Source: Actinomycetota bacterium (lineage in GTDB: Bacteria > Actinomycetota > CADDZG01 > JAHWKV01 > JAOPZY01). From it: DNA of 64,000 nucleotides. The DNA is taken from positions 27,160 through 91,159 of the forward strand of contig DASTWV010000057.1 of assembly GCA_035765775.1 (NCBI GenBank). The letters run 5' to 3'. Of this stretch, positions 45,993 to 54,728 are shown one piece after another. Below the pieces are notes generated by a model that saw only the letters and a list, made by a program, of their open reading frames with translations, searched no databases and had not been told where the DNA came from. A program made the position numbers and the translations under genes. Numbering within the stretch: position 1 is the first letter of the stretch; each line of letters begins with the position of its first letter.

Positions 45993-48815
45993 ATGCGCCG
46001 GCTCCGGCTCGAGGAGGCCCTCGCCGCCGGGGCGTGGGACCGCACGCTGAGCCTGATAGCCGCCCCGGCGGGCGCGGGCAAGACGACGCTGCTGGCCCAG
46101 TGCGCCGCCGCGCTGGGCGCGCCGGCCGCCTGGTACCGGGTCGAGGAATCCGACGGCGACGCCCGCCTTGCGCTGGCCTACCTCGAGGCCACCCTGCGTG
46201 ACGCCCTCCCCGGCCTGCCCGGCCTCCCGGGCGGGTGGGCGAGCGTGGAGGACGCCGTGCTCGCCCTGGAGGGGTCCCCCGCCACCCGGGTGGTCCTGGT
46301 GGTCGACGACCTCCACCTCCTCGAGGGGACACCGGCGGCCGGGGCCTTCGAGCAGTTGCTCGCCTACCGGCCCCCGTCGCTGGCCGTCCTGGCCGCCACC
46401 CGGCGCGTGCCGTCCCTGGCCCTGCTCACCCGCCTGCGCATCGCCGGCCAGCTCCTCTACCTGGGGGCCGAGGACCTCCGCTTCCGGAGCTGGGAGGTGG
46501 AGCGCCTGTTCGCCGAGCACTACCGCCAGCCCCTCCCGCCGGAGGAGGCGGGCGAGCTGGCCCGCCGGACCGAGGGCTGGGCCGCCGGGCTGCAGATGTT
46601 CCACCTGGGCACCAGCGGCAAGACCGCCACCGAACGGCGCCAGACCCTGGCCGCCCTCGCCACCCGGCGGCTGGCCCGCGAGTACCTCGCCCGCAACGTG
46701 CTGGACGACCTGCCGCCCGCGCTGCGCCAGTTCCTGGTCGGAAGCTGCGTCCTCAGCCGCATGTCCGGGCCGCTGTGCGACGCCCTGCTCGGCACCACCG
46801 GCAGCGAGCGCTGCCTGCAGGAGCTGGAGCGCCGCCAGGTGTTCACCTCCACACTCGACACCGGCGGCTACCGCTACCACGAAGCCCTCCGGGCGCACCT
46901 CGAAGGGGTGCTGCGGGAGGAGCTCGGCCCCGACCTCGCCCGGGACCGCTACCGCAAGGCGGGGACCGTCCTGGAGGCCGACGGGCTGGCGGTCGACGCC
47001 CTGCAGGCGTACTGCCGGGCAGAGGACTGGCCGTCGGTGGAGCGGCTGCTGGGCGCGGCGGGCGGCAGCCTGGCCATGGGGCGGGGCGACTGGATCAGCC
47101 TGCTCCCAGCGAACCTGCGCGCCCACGATCCCTGGGCACTGCTGGCCACCGCCCGCCGGCTGCGGGCGCACGGCCGCTGGACCGAGGCCCAGGCCACCTA
47201 CCGCCTCGCCGAGGAGGGGTTCGGCTCCCAGGCCGGCCCGCAGACCGGCCTGGACAGCGCGGTGGAGGAGCGCCTCGCCCTGGGCTCCTGGATGGAGCCC
47301 GCCCCGCCTGCCCCCGACTGGAGCGGGGCTCTCCGCCGGGCGGTCGCCGGCGACCCCCTGGGCGCCCTGGCCGGCGGCATCGCCGGGGCGCGCGGGCTGC
47401 TGGCGGGGGGCCTGGCCAGCCTGCTGGCCGGGGACGTCGATGAGGCCCGGAGCCGGCTCGCCACCGTCCTCGGCGCCGAGGACGCCAGCCCCGAGCTGGC
47501 TGCCGGGGCCATGGTCGCCGAGGCGGCCGCCGCGGCCCTCGCCGGTCTCCCGGAGGCCAAGGAACTCGCCGAGCACGCCTCGGCCCGGGCCGAGGAGCTG
47601 CGGATCCCCTGGCTGGCCCGGGTCGGCCAGGCGGTCCTCGCCCTCACCGACCGCCCGGACGGGCGCTCCGAGGCAGCCGCGGCCCGCTTCTTCTGCCAGG
47701 AGCAGGGCGACGCCTGGGGCGCCAGCCTCGCCGGGCTGCTCGAGGGCCTCGGGGAGCTGCAGGCGGGCGGGACGCACGCCGGCGTGCTGGAACAGGCCGC
47801 CCACGGCTTCGCCGGGCTGCACGCCTACGTCCTCGAGGCCTGGTGCCTGTGCGCCCGGGCCGCGATGCTGGCCGCCGCCGCCGACCCGCAGGCCCGGGCA
47901 GCGGCCGATCACGCCGAGCGCCAGGCCCGCCGCGTGGGCCTGCGGGGACCGTGGGCGCTGGCCTACCTCGCCCTTGCCCGCATCGACGGGGCCTCGCTCG
48001 ACGAGGTCGGCCGCTGGGCCGGGGCGCTCAGCCGGGACAGCGGGTTGGCCCTGCTGCGTGCCTTCGCAGCCCCCCGGGCAAGGACGGGCCCGGCTGACCC
48101 CCCGCCGCCCCCCGTGCGGGTGCAGTGCTTCGGCGGGTTCAGCCTCTCGGTGGGCGGCGCCGAGGCGGACCTCGCCCGGGTGAAGCCCCGACCCAGGAAG
48201 CTTCTGCACCTGCTGGCCCTGCACGCCGGCGCCCCCCTGCACCGTGAGGTCCTGATCGAAGCTCTGTGGCCGGGCGCCGATCCCCGCGTGGGTGCCCGGA
48301 ACCTGCACGTGGCGGTCTCGGTCCTGCGCCAGTGCCTCCAGTCCGCCCCTGTGTCAGGGGCGGTGCGCATCGACCGGGACGGGGAGGACTACCGGCTGGT
48401 CCCGGCCGCGGCCTGGTCGGTCGATGTCGTCGAACTGGCCGACCTCGTGGGGCGCGCCCGGCGCCTCCAGGCAGGCGGCGAGCAGGCCGAGGCCGTCGGG
48501 ACGCTGACCACCGCCCTCAGCATCTACCGGGGCGAGCTCTTCCCGGAGGACGGGCCGGACGACTGGGTGGTGCGGGCCCGGGAGCGCTTCCGGTCCCTGG
48601 CGGTCGAGTCCGCCTGCGAGCTGGCCGACCTCCTCCTGGCCGAGGGCGACGGGCTGGCCGCGGCCCGGGCATGCGAGCTGGGCCTGGACGCCGACCACAC
48701 CCGGGATGACCTGTGGCGGGCCCTCGAGGAGGCCCACGAGTTGGCTGGCAACCACGCCGCCGCCCTGGCGGCGCACCGGCGCTACGAGAAGGTGCTGGCC
48801 GACCTGGGGATTTAG
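45993..48815 (+). CDS. Large regulator: N-terminal NB-ARC/AAA ATPase + TPR-like repeats, C-terminal SARP module (OmpR-type winged HTH + BTAD)
   Basis: MalT/LAL-like N-terminus RLRLEEALAAGAWDRTLSLIAAPAGAGKTTLLAQ (P-loop), with LVVDDLHLL as Walker B. A long Ala/Leu-rich helical repeat region follows. The C-terminus has VRVQCFGGFSLSVGG....RPRKLLHLLALHAGAPLHREVLIEALWPG (wHTH) and ELFPEDGPDDWVVRARERFRSLAVESACELADLLLAEGD....AALAAHRRYEKVLADLGI (BTAD). The domain order is inverted relative to canonical AfsR/SARP-LAL proteins. The internal ATG at 45993 is used. Confidence 0.8.
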   Translation: MRRLRLEEALAAGAWDRTLSLIAAPAGAGKTTLLAQCAAALGAPAAWYRVEESDGDARLALAYLEATLRDALPGLPGLPGGWASVEDAVLALEGSPATRVVLVVDDLHLLEGTPAAGAFEQLLAYRPPSLAVLAATRRVPSLALLTRLRIAGQLLYLGAEDLRFRSWEVERLFAEHYRQPLPPEEAGELARRTEGWAAGLQMFHLGTSGKTATERRQTLAALATRRLAREYLARNVLDDLPPALRQFLVGSCVLSRMSGPLCDALLGTTGSERCLQELERRQVFTSTLDTGGYRYHEALRAHLEGVLREELGPDLARDRYRKAGTVLEADGLAVDALQAYCRAEDWPSVERLLGAAGGSLAMGRGDWISLLPANLRAHDPWALLATARRLRAHGRWTEAQATYRLAEEGFGSQAGPQTGLDSAVEERLALGSWMEPAPPAPDWSGALRRAVAGDPLGALAGGIAGARGLLAGGLASLLAGDVDEARSRLATVLGAEDASPELAAGAMVAEAAAAALAGLPEAKELAEHASARAEELRIPWLARVGQAVLALTDRPDGRSEAAAARFFCQEQGDAWGASLAGLLEGLGELQAGGTHAGVLEQAAHGFAGLHAYVLEAWCLCARAAMLAAAADPQARAAADHAERQARRVGLRGPWALAYLALARIDGASLDEVGRWAGALSRDSGLALLRAFAAPRARTGPADPPPPPVRVQCFGGFSLSVGGAEADLARVKPRPRKLLHLLALHAGAPLHREVLIEALWPGADPRVGARNLHVAVSVLRQCLQSAPVSGAVRIDRDGEDYRLVPAAAWSVDVVELADLVGRARRLQAGGEQAEAVGTLTTALSIYRGELFPEDGPDDWVVRARERFRSLAVESACELADLLLAEGDGLAAARACELGLDADHTRDDLWRALEEAHELAGNHAAALAAHRRYEKVLADLGI

Positions 48816-48840
48816 CGTCGGCGGTGCTGCCGACGCTCGC
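48816..48840. terminator. Bidirectional hairpin between convergent genes (putative terminator)
   Basis: A perfect 9-bp inverted repeat, AGCGTCGGC-ggtgct-GCCGACGCT, lies immediately after the regulator's TAG and 6 nt before the PAAR gene stop. A short T-run (TTT) precedes it on the plus strand. Confidence 0.4.
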
Positions 48841-48845
48841 CGAGC

Positions 48846-49148
48846 CTAGCCGCCGATCTCCACGGTCGGGAGACCCAAAGCGATCGCCCCGCCGTGCGCG
48901 GTGGTGTCGCCCATCCGGGCGGCGGGCTTGCCGTTGATCAGGACCGTGACCGAGCCCTTCACGATCGTGTCGGGCGGCCCCACGCAGGTGCACATCATGC
49001 CCATCGTGGCCGCCGGGACGCCCCCGATCAACACCGGGGGGCCTGCCGGGGGCCCGGTCACCGGCCCGCCGACGTGCGGTATGGGCGGCGTTCCGGGCGT
49101 GACCATCGGGCAGGTGTGCATGTCGCCGATGCGGGCCGCCGGGGGCAT
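48846..49148 (-). CDS. PAAR-domain spike-tip protein
   Basis: 100 aa from an internal ATG behind the AAGGAG RBS. Sequence MPPAARIGDMHTCPMVTPG...PVLIGGVPAATMGMMCTCVGPPDTIVKGSVTVLINGKPAARMGDTTAHGGAIALGLPTVEIGG carries three PAAR-like motifs (PAARIGD, PAATMG, PAARMGD). Confidence 0.85.
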   Translation of the reverse strand: MPPAARIGDMHTCPMVTPGTPPIPHVGGPVTGPPAGPPVLIGGVPAATMGMMCTCVGPPDTIVKGSVTVLINGKPAARMGDTTAHGGAIALGLPTVEIGG

Positions 49149-49155
49149 GGCTCTC

Positions 49156-51804
49156 CTACTCCTTGGTGAAGAACTCCAGCTCACTGATGGCCACGGAGGT
49201 GCCACCGCTGGACGACGGGTAGACCGACTCGATGGTGATCGTCACCCCCCGGATGCCATGGCCGTGCTCCAGGGTCAGGAGCTGGGCGTCGGGCTGGTTC
49301 TTGAGCGTCAGGGTGTCCGACTGCCCGTTGCTGTAGCTGATGAGCACCGACTTCGGCCGCGGCTCGGCGACAAAGGTGGCGCCAATGCCGCTGAACACGT
49401 TCACCCGGTCCAGGTTGACCGGTTGCTGGGACGTGGAGGAAAAGAGGATGAACATCGAGACCCCCACCCCGAGCTTGGGGCTCGCCTGCGCCTGCCACCA
49501 GGTGTTGGTGTGACCGTCGATGGCCTGCGCCGCCAGGTGCGTGGGCACTGAGGAGGTCGACGAGGCGTTCAACGGCGTCACCAGGTTGTAGTGCGGCGAC
49601 ACCTTCTTGCGGATGCTGGAGGTGACGCTCTTCACCTTGTTCTCGACTGTCTTGCGGTACGGCCCGGCGGCGGCCACGATCCCGGCGACCACCGCCAGGG
49701 CGATTATGATCTTGATCACCTTGCCCACTGCCGAGGGCTTGGGGGCTGTCCGGCTCCCGTGGCCCTGGGCCGGCCGTTCGCCGGCGGCGAGCACCGCCTT
49801 CTTCCGCCCGAAGATGCGCTTCCACCAGGAGACCTTGGGTGTCGGGGCCACGACCGCCGCCTCCAGCGAGGTGCCACAGCGCCGGCAGAACCTGCGGTTG
49901 GGCGTATTGCCCTCACCGCACTGGCCGCAGATGAGGTCGCCCGGAGCGTAGGTGCGGGCCGGTGGCGGCGCCTCCGCAGGGGCGGGCCGGGCTTTGGCGG
50001 CCGCGGGCTTCACCGCCTCGGGCTGGGACACCTGGGGCTTCACCGCCGCGGGGGCCTGGGGCGGCATCGGTCCCCCGTACGGCGAGGGCGACGCGGCGTA
50101 GGGAGGCGCCGGTGCGCCGGGGGCCGGGGCTGGCGTGTCGGCTCGTGACGCGGCCGCGGGGGCCTGCGTCGCCGGAGCCGGTTCCCAGAGGGAACGCTGC
50201 GGCGGCGGAGGGCCCGGTGGTGCGGGAGGAGGTGGAGCTCCCCACAGAGGAGGTCCCGCGGGCGCGGCAGGCGGCGCGGGCGGGCCTGCTGCCGGTGCCG
50301 GGGTGGGTCGGGGGCCGGCCGGCGATGCCCCGGGCGGTGGTGGTGGGGGCGCCTTGGCCACGAGTGCCGCTGCTCGGCGGGCAGCCTCCTGGGCCTTGGC
50401 CGCCTGCTCGGCGGCGAGGCGGGCCTCCTCCTGCGCCCGGCGGGCCTCCTCTTCCGCCTGGGCCTTGGCGGCGGCCTCCGCTTCCGCGCGTCGGGCCTGC
50501 GCCTCCGCTTCCCGGCGGGCGGCCTCATGAGCCTGGGCGGCAGCTGCAGCCCGAGCCTCCTCCTCGAGCCGGGCGGCCTGCTCAGCCTGGCGCGCCTGTT
50601 CCGCCTCGGCAGCCTCCTCGGCCGGCGTTGGGGGTGGCGTGCCGTCCGGTCCAGCCGCCAGGCCAGCCCCGGGCGCCGAGCCGGCGTCGCCGGGCGACGG
50701 GGGCGACCCAAACGACGTGGCGGGCGCAGGCGGCGAGAGAGGCGCAGCAGGCGATACGGCGGGCTCCGACGGCGCCGGCCCAGCAGGCGGGCGGGTCCCC
50801 AGGACGCTCTGCATCCGTGGACGACGTGCCCTGCCGGTTTCCGGCGCCGGGGCGCCCGTCGATGCCGGGGCGTCAGCCGCTGCGGTCGACAGAGATTCGG
50901 CTTCGGCGCCTACCGGTCCTTCCGGACCGGCGGGTGCAGGGGCGTCGTCCGCCAAGGACCGGCGCCCGGGGCGAGCCGGCCCCAACGGAGCGTCGCTCAG
51001 GCTGTAGCGGCCGGACGCGAGCGGTTCTGCCCATGGTTCCACCCGGGCCCGGGCAGGCTCTCCCGCCGGCCCAGGCGGCTCCGCACTCGGCCCAGGAGGC
51101 GCTGCTCCCACCGGTCCGGGTGGCCGTTCGGCGGTCTTCTCACCCCGCGGGCCCGGTCTCGGCCCACCGGTCCCGGCCGCCTCGGCCGGGGGCTCCGGTG
51201 CCACGTCCGGACCCGGTTTCGGTCCCGGCTTGGACGCTTCCTCCGAGCGGGCCGCAGCCGCAGCCGCCTCAGCAGCCGCCTGCATTTGGGCCTGGGCGGC
51301 GTCGGCAGCTTGGGTGGCGTCGGCAGCTTGGGCGGCCTGCCGTCTCGCAGCTTCCTCGGCCTCAGCGGCGGCGTGGCGCCGGGCGGCTTCCTCAGCCTCG
51401 GCCCGTTGGTGCTCCTGCTCGGCGGCCACCCGGGCGGCCTCGGCCGCAGCCCGCCGGGCCTGCTCCTCGGCGGCGGCACGGCGGGCGGCTTCCTCGGCGG
51501 CTCGGCGGGCGGCCTCCTCGGCCTCCGCTGCCCGGCGGCGGGCTTCCTCGGCAGCTCGCTGGGCGGCGAGGCGCTGGCGCTCCTCCTCCCGTTGCCGGAG
51601 CTCGGTGGCCAGGTCGGGCGGCGGGGGGGGCGGGGTCAGCGGAGCCGGCGCCGGGGTGGGTGAAGGCACCGGAGCGGCCTCCGGGGGGAACGCCGGGGCG
51701 GCGGGTGCCTCGCGCTCCCCGGTGAATTCCAGGAAGGAGCCGCAGGAACCGCAGAACTCGTCGCCGTCCTCGTTGCGGTTCCCGCACTGCTTACAGATGA
51801 TCAA
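49156..51804 (-). CDS. Double zinc-ribbon / coiled-coil / single-TM / discoidin (F5/8 type C)-like domain protein embedded in the CIS operon
   Basis: The likely TTG start overlaps the gpI stop, and a GAGGTGG RBS lies 7 nt upstream. The N-terminal zinc ribbon is IICKQCGNRNEDGDEFCGSCGSF. About 500 aa of Ala/Glu/Arg-rich coiled-coil (RRAAEAEEAARRAAEEAARR...) alternate with Pro-rich segments. A second zinc ribbon is LICGQCGEGNTPNRRFCRRCGTS. One TM helix (VIKIIIALAVVAGIVAAAG) follows. The C-terminal ~170 aa, AIDGHTNTWWQAQ....GGTSVAISELEFF, resembles the F5_F8_type_C/NPCBM carbohydrate-binding fold. The upstream ~115 codons of track ORF 49156..52149 are a non-coding extension. Confidence 0.7.
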   Translation of the reverse strand: MIICKQCGNRNEDGDEFCGSCGSFLEFTGEREAPAAPAFPPEAAPVPSPTPAPAPLTPPPPPPDLATELRQREEERQRLAAQRAAEEARRRAAEAEEAARRAAEEAARRAAAEEQARRAAAEAARVAAEQEHQRAEAEEAARRHAAAEAEEAARRQAAQAADATQAADAAQAQMQAAAEAAAAAARSEEASKPGPKPGPDVAPEPPAEAAGTGGPRPGPRGEKTAERPPGPVGAAPPGPSAEPPGPAGEPARARVEPWAEPLASGRYSLSDAPLGPARPGRRSLADDAPAPAGPEGPVGAEAESLSTAAADAPASTGAPAPETGRARRPRMQSVLGTRPPAGPAPSEPAVSPAAPLSPPAPATSFGSPPSPGDAGSAPGAGLAAGPDGTPPPTPAEEAAEAEQARQAEQAARLEEEARAAAAAQAHEAARREAEAQARRAEAEAAAKAQAEEEARRAQEEARLAAEQAAKAQEAARRAAALVAKAPPPPPPGASPAGPRPTPAPAAGPPAPPAAPAGPPLWGAPPPPAPPGPPPPQRSLWEPAPATQAPAAASRADTPAPAPGAPAPPYAASPSPYGGPMPPQAPAAVKPQVSQPEAVKPAAAKARPAPAEAPPPARTYAPGDLICGQCGEGNTPNRRFCRRCGTSLEAAVVAPTPKVSWWKRIFGRKKAVLAAGERPAQGHGSRTAPKPSAVGKVIKIIIALAVVAGIVAAAGPYRKTVENKVKSVTSSIRKKVSPHYNLVTPLNASSTSSVPTHLAAQAIDGHTNTWWQAQASPKLGVGVSMFILFSSTSQQPVNLDRVNVFSGIGATFVAEPRPKSVLISYSNGQSDTLTLKNQPDAQLLTLEHGHGIRGVTITIESVYPSSSGGTSVAISELEFFTKE

Positions 51805-52340
51805 CCGGTGACCACCTCGATCTGGTGGGGGATGTGGGCGGGCTTTCCCGAGGAAACTACCGCTTCGAGCCGTTGGCGATCCACAACTCCTGCATCGGCC
51901 ACCCGAACCCGCACCTTGAGGGACGGCTCGGCGGTGCCCGGGAGATCGCCGTTGGGCACCGGCGACCACGCGGCGGCCCCGCTCTCCTCCACCTCGACGT
52001 CGCCCCCGAAGACAAGGCGCACTAGCCCGACCAACCCCCGCACCGTCCCCCGCTGCGCGTAGAGCGCGGACGCCTCGCCCACCAGCGCCCGCCGCCGCTC
52101 CAGCGACCAGGTCTCGTCCAGCACCACCCCCACCCAGCCGGCCAACCATTCCAAAAAGTCCGGGGGAGCGACGGCGGGGCTCAGGTAGGCGTCGAGGTTG
52201 TCGAGGGCCAGGAACACCGGCGCCAGCACCTCATCCAGCCCGGCGGTGATGCGCTGGGTGAAGCTGTCCTCGTAGTAGATCGGCGGCAGCAGGAACCCCA
52301 GCGGCTGGGGGCTGGCCATACCCCGGACGGCGCCCCTCAT
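51801..52340 (-). CDS. Baseplate protein, P2 gpI-like (Afp12/Pvc12 position)
   Basis: LLPPIYYED...DAYLSPAVAPPDFLEWLAGWVGVVLDETWSLERRRALVGEASALYAQRGT matches the Tail_P2_I family signature (LLPP....LLPWLA....W....R.....HR.KGT). The ATG overlaps the gpJ stop (ATGA). Confidence 0.75.
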   Translation of the reverse strand: MRGAVRGMASPQPLGFLLPPIYYEDSFTQRITAGLDEVLAPVFLALDNLDAYLSPAVAPPDFLEWLAGWVGVVLDETWSLERRRALVGEASALYAQRGTVRGLVGLVRLVFGGDVEVEESGAAAWSPVPNGDLPGTAEPSLKVRVRVADAGVVDRQRLEAVVSSGKPAHIPHQIEVVTG

Positions 52341-54283
52341 GCCGGCTCGACCAGGACCTGGTGCCCGTAGGAGAACACCAGGGCATGGGGGTCGATCGCC
52401 AGGCGCTGCACGGCCTCGCCCCGCCGGCCGGTGATCGGATCCGCCGGGTAGAGGCGGGCCTCGTCCACCAGCTCGACACCCGGCAGGCGCTGCAGGACCG
52501 CGTAGACCTCACCCGCGTGGATGGGGCGCCCGAACGGCCAGCCGGTCCCGTCGGGGCCGCCGCTGATCGGGTGGAAGTACCCGTAGAGGGCTTCGACCGC
52601 CGCCGCCCGCAGGCGGTCCACCGAGGCCGACCGGCGGGCCCGCAGCCGGGCCACCACGGTGATCCCCTGGTAGACCGGGGGCTCCACCACCAGGCGGGAG
52701 CCGATCACCCGGCGCTCGTCGAGGGCCCCCGCGACCCGGGCGAGCGTCTCGTCCGAGGGGACCAGCTGCTCGAACTCCAGGCGCCCGGCCTCCCGCTCGC
52801 TGGCCGCCGGCACCACCAGCACCCGGACGGCCCCGGGATCGGCGCCATTGCCCGCAGGCGCACACCGGACCCGGGCGACCTCGGGCGCCGCCTCGAGGGA
52901 GATCTGCTCGTAGTCCTCGGCGGTCACCGCCCGGTCCCGGGTCCGCAGGGTGAGGGGGCCCCGCAGTTTCGCCGACTCCAGGTCCTCGCCGTCCACCCCG
53001 CCCGAAGCGGGGCGCCGGTTCACCACCGAGCCCACGAAGGGGATCGTGGTGCGCAGCACCGAGATGGCACCCCGAGCGACGTTGCCCCGCCGGCCGCCGC
53101 CGGTGCGGTAGGAGCGCACCCGCAGGACGGCGCCGTCGCCCGGGGCGGCCCCGTACCGGCGCAGGGACCCGTCGGGCTCCCGGACGGCGGGGCCGAAGGC
53201 GATCTCGCCGCTGGCGGCGTCCAGCTGGAAGTGGCGGTCGTGCGGGCCGCTGTGGGCGAAGCCGTCCACCGGAGCCCACTCCTCCCACCCCTCGCCCTCG
53301 CTCACCTCGAGGATCACGGGGGCCTCCCCCGGGACCACCGGGGCGTTGCGCAGCGGGTAGCGCTGGCCGGCGCCCCCGGTGGCGGTGGCCACCACCTCGC
53401 CCTCGATGATCTCGGCGTTCACCGCCACCGTCGTCCCGCCGATGGTGGACGCCGCCACCCGGCTGATGAACGGCGGGGCGCTGTAGACCGGCTGGCCCTC
53501 CTCGGCGTCGGTGACCCGGCAGCGCAGCCAGCCCGCCCGTCGGCCGGCGATCTGGGAGGCCTGGTGGGAGGCGGGGACGTGCAGCACCACCTCGCCGTCC
53601 TTGTTCAGGCCCCCGGTGGTGTCCCGCTCGAGCTCGCAGACTGCCCAGCCCCGGCCATCCCATGCCTCCCAGGCAATCGGGGGGTTCCGGGGGTCGACAC
53701 CGACGCCCTCGATCCGGCAGCCCAGCTCCAGGAGGACCGCACACGACGGCACCGGGTTGGACAGGCCGATCAGGAGGGCGTCGCCCGGCTTGGGGGGCGC
53801 ATCGAAGCACGGGAAGCCATCCCCGATCTCCAGCCGGTCGGTCTGGTCGCCGGCCTGTGGGCCGAGGGCCGTGGCGACGCGAGACCGGGAGCACGGAACA
53901 ATGGCGAGGTCCGAGAGCACCGTGAACGACACCGCCTCCTCGGTGGGCGTGCGCAGCGTCGATACCTCGGTCCCGGCGGGGACGTCGATGGTGACCTCCT
54001 GGGTGGCGGACAGCCAGAAGGTCACGTCCACCTTGGCGGCGGTGGGTGGGAACAGCCGGATCCCCATGAGGTCCAGGAACTTGATGTAGAGCCGGTCGGG
54101 CACCCGGTTCAGCCGGAACAGCAGCTGGTCGGTCATGAAGGCGAACGTCTCGATCAGCGTCACGCCCGGGTCGGAAACGTTGTGGTCGGTCCACTCCGGG
54201 CAGCGCTGCTGGACCAGGCGCTTGGCCTCGTCGACCAGGTCCTGGAACCGGCGATCATCCAGGTTCGGCGCCGGCAGCGTCAT
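52337..54283 (-). CDS. Baseplate J-like protein (gpJ / Afp11 homologue)
   Basis: 648 aa. The N-terminal LDDRRFQDLVDEAKRLV....WTDHNVSDPGVTLIETFAFMTDQLLFRLNRVP is the conserved Baseplate_J N-terminus. Confidence 0.85.
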   Translation of the reverse strand: MTLPAPNLDDRRFQDLVDEAKRLVQQRCPEWTDHNVSDPGVTLIETFAFMTDQLLFRLNRVPDRLYIKFLDLMGIRLFPPTAAKVDVTFWLSATQEVTIDVPAGTEVSTLRTPTEEAVSFTVLSDLAIVPCSRSRVATALGPQAGDQTDRLEIGDGFPCFDAPPKPGDALLIGLSNPVPSCAVLLELGCRIEGVGVDPRNPPIAWEAWDGRGWAVCELERDTTGGLNKDGEVVLHVPASHQASQIAGRRAGWLRCRVTDAEEGQPVYSAPPFISRVAASTIGGTTVAVNAEIIEGEVVATATGGAGQRYPLRNAPVVPGEAPVILEVSEGEGWEEWAPVDGFAHSGPHDRHFQLDAASGEIAFGPAVREPDGSLRRYGAAPGDGAVLRVRSYRTGGGRRGNVARGAISVLRTTIPFVGSVVNRRPASGGVDGEDLESAKLRGPLTLRTRDRAVTAEDYEQISLEAAPEVARVRCAPAGNGADPGAVRVLVVPAASEREAGRLEFEQLVPSDETLARVAGALDERRVIGSRLVVEPPVYQGITVVARLRARRSASVDRLRAAAVEALYGYFHPISGGPDGTGWPFGRPIHAGEVYAVLQRLPGVELVDEARLYPADPITGRRGEAVQRLAIDPHALVFSYGHQVLVEPA

Positions 54284-54702
54284 TCCCCGACCCCCGCTTC
54301 CGGCAGGGTCTCGCTCGGGATCACGTAGAAGGGGAACACCAGGTTGCGGGGGTCATTGGTGCCGCGGATCGAGTACTGCACGTCGATGTAGACCGTCGAG
54401 GCATCGGCCGGGTCGGTGGTCACCGCGATCCCTTCCACATCCACCCGGGGCTCCCAGCGCTCGATCGACCGGCGCACCTCGTAGGCGATCCGCCCGGCGG
54501 TGGACCCGGTGACGGCGGCGAAGACGAAGTCGTGGATGGCGCACCCGAACTCGGGGCGCATCGGCCGCTCGCCGTAGGCGGTCCCGATGATGAGCCGGAT
54601 GGCCTCCTCGACCTCCTGTTCGCGCCCGACGAGGGCGATGCCCCCGCTGGCGCTGGTGCGCACCGGGAAGGCCCAGCCCTTGCCGACGAAGTCCTCGGTC
54701 AC
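54280..54702 (-). CDS. gp25/GPW-like baseplate wedge protein (lysozyme-like fold)
   Basis: VTEDFVGKGWAFPVRTSASGGIALVGREQEVEEAIRLIIGTAYGERPMRPEFGCAIHDFVFAAV....IERWEPRV belongs to the GPW_gp25 family. The GTG start follows a GAGGGAG RBS, and the track ORF extends further upstream into noise. Confidence 0.85.
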   Translation of the reverse strand: MTEDFVGKGWAFPVRTSASGGIALVGREQEVEEAIRLIIGTAYGERPMRPEFGCAIHDFVFAAVTGSTAGRIAYEVRRSIERWEPRVDVEGIAVTTDPADASTVYIDVQYSIRGTNDPRNLVFPFYVIPSETLPEAGVGE

Positions 54703-54728
54703 GTGCGCTCCCTCATCGTTGGCCCACC

